This document shows, piece after piece, positions 50,314-51,594 of a DNA stretch of 51,594 nt. How positions within the stretch are numbered: position 1 is the first letter of the stretch; every line of letters starts with the position of its first letter. The translations under genes and the position numbers were made by a program. Source of the DNA: a virus. Taxonomy: Duplodnaviria > Heunggongvirae > Uroviricota > Caudoviricetes. The notes beneath the pieces were generated by a model. It saw only the letters and a list, made by a program, of their open reading frames with translations, was not told where the DNA came from and did no database searches. The stretch lies in IMG/VR virus record IMGVR_UViG_2563366877_000002. One strand, 5' to 3'.

Positions 50314-51594
50314 ATGAAATATCCGACAGGCGTGGAAAACCATGGAGGGAAATTACGTATCTGGTTTGTTTATAAAGGCGTAAGAGTCAGGGAAAACCTG
50401 GGGGTTCCTGACACAGCAAAAAACAGGCGCGTTGCAGGTGAGCTACGCGCCTCTGTTTGTTACGCAATAAAAACTGGTGTTTTCGACTATGCAAAACAGT
50501 TTCCCTCCTCACGCAATCTGGAAAAATTTGGTGAGACTCGACAAGATTTAACCATAAAAGAACTGGCTGAAAAATTTCTGGCACTGAAAGAAACTGAAGT
50601 CGCAAAAACATCACTCAACACATACCGTGCCGTCATCAAAAATATCCTGAGCATAATCGGTGAAAAAAATCTTGCCTCATCGATTAATAAAGAAAAATTA
50701 CTGGAGGTTCGTAAAGAGCTACTGACTGGATACCAGATCCCCAAAAGTAACTATATTGTTACACAACCAGGGAGATCGGCTGTAACTGTAAATAATTACA
50801 TGACAAATCTTAACGCCGTGTTCCAGTTTGGTGTTGATAACGGTTACCTGGCAGATAACCCGTTTAAGGGGATCTCGCCATTAAAGGAATCAAGAACCAT
50901 TCCGGATCCTCTTTCGCGGGAGGAATTCATCCGTCTTATCGATGCGTGCAGAAATCAGCAAGCCAAAAATTTATGGTGTGTTTCTGTTTATACTGGCGTT
51001 CGCCCTGGTGAGCTGTGTGCACTTGGATGGGAGGACATAGATCTGAAAAATGGAACAATGATGATCAGGAGAAATTTAGCAAAAGACCGTTTCACGGTAC
51101 CAAAAACACAGGCGGGAACCAATCGGGTCATTCATCTTATTAAGCCAGCAATCGACGCTCTCCGGAGTCAGATGACATTAACGAGACTGAGCAAAGAGCA
51201 TATCATTGATGTTCACCTCAGAGAGTATGGCAGAACAGAAAAACATAAATGCACCTTTGTTTTTCAACCTGAAGTGTCAGCGAGAGTAAAAAATTATGGT
51301 GACCATTTTACCGTTGACTCAATAAGGCAGATGTGGGACGCAGCGATAAAACGTGCCGGACTCCGCCATCGAAAATCATATCAGTCGAGACATACTTATG
51401 CCTGCTGGTCGCTGACAGCTGGTGCTAATCCGGCATTTATAGCAAACCAGATGGGCCATGCAGATGCGCAAATGGTATTTCAGGTATACGGAAAATGGAT
51501 GTCTGAAAACAATAATGCACAGGTAGCTTTGTTAAATACACAGTTAAGCGAGTTTGCCCCAACCATGCCCCATAACGAAGCAATGAAAAATTAA
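50314..51594 (+). CDS. int: tyrosine recombinase / phage integrase
   Basis: core-binding and catalytic domain pattern (..SRHTYAC..HADAQMVFQVYGKWM); start at second ATG with SD (ORF opens at 50299); stop is last codon of window. Confidence 0.85.
   Translation: MKYPTGVENHGGKLRIWFVYKGVRVRENLGVPDTAKNRRVAGELRASVCYAIKTGVFDYAKQFPSSRNLEKFGETRQDLTIKELAEKFLALKETEVAKTSLNTYRAVIKNILSIIGEKNLASSINKEKLLEVRKELLTGYQIPKSNYIVTQPGRSAVTVNNYMTNLNAVFQFGVDNGYLADNPFKGISPLKESRTIPDPLSREEFIRLIDACRNQQAKNLWCVSVYTGVRPGELCALGWEDIDLKNGTMMIRRNLAKDRFTVPKTQAGTNRVIHLIKPAIDALRSQMTLTRLSKEHIIDVHLREYGRTEKHKCTFVFQPEVSARVKNYGDHFTVDSIRQMWDAAIKRAGLRHRKSYQSRHTYACWSLTAGANPAFIANQMGHADAQMVFQVYGKWMSENNNAQVALLNTQLSEFAPTMPHNEAMKN

Overview
Almost the entire window is one lambdoid prophage. 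It is flanked on the left by a host MFS transporter gene (ydfJ-like, 1-1284, minus) and ends exactly at the stop codon of a tyrosine integrase (50314-51594, plus). Gene order matches the E. coli Qin-type cryptic prophage: pin-tfa-stf, cspI, lysis cassette, cspB/cspF, Q, ydfU-rem-hokD-relBE-ydfV-flxA, dicC/dicA-ydfABC-dicF-dicB-ydfD-ydfE, xis-int. Unlike my recollection of K-12 Qin, this copy keeps a complete lambda-type packaging, head and tail module (Nu1, A, W, B, C/Nu3, D, E, FI, FII, Z, U, V, G/G-T, H, M, L, K, I, J, lom), and the translations read as essentially phage lambda proteins with lambda-like spacing. Visible damage: an IS911-like IS3-family element sits 73 bp before the end of J; the SAR endolysin is frameshifted; an IS629-type element (3-bp duplication ACC) is nested inside another degenerate transposase gene; a methyltransferase-like gene is truncated next to about 1 kb of decayed sequence. 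I recognised no CRISPR array, rRNA or tRNA. I did not find a convincing, wholly new multi-gene system. The most interesting uncharacterised items are a full-length YdfE-like protein with a C-terminal DEDDh exonuclease domain, an iteron array inside the replication initiator gene, and several small ORFs of unknown function. All calls come from reading the translations and DNA against remembered families; no database search, HMM or RNA-folding computation was run, so names and exact start codons are provisional.
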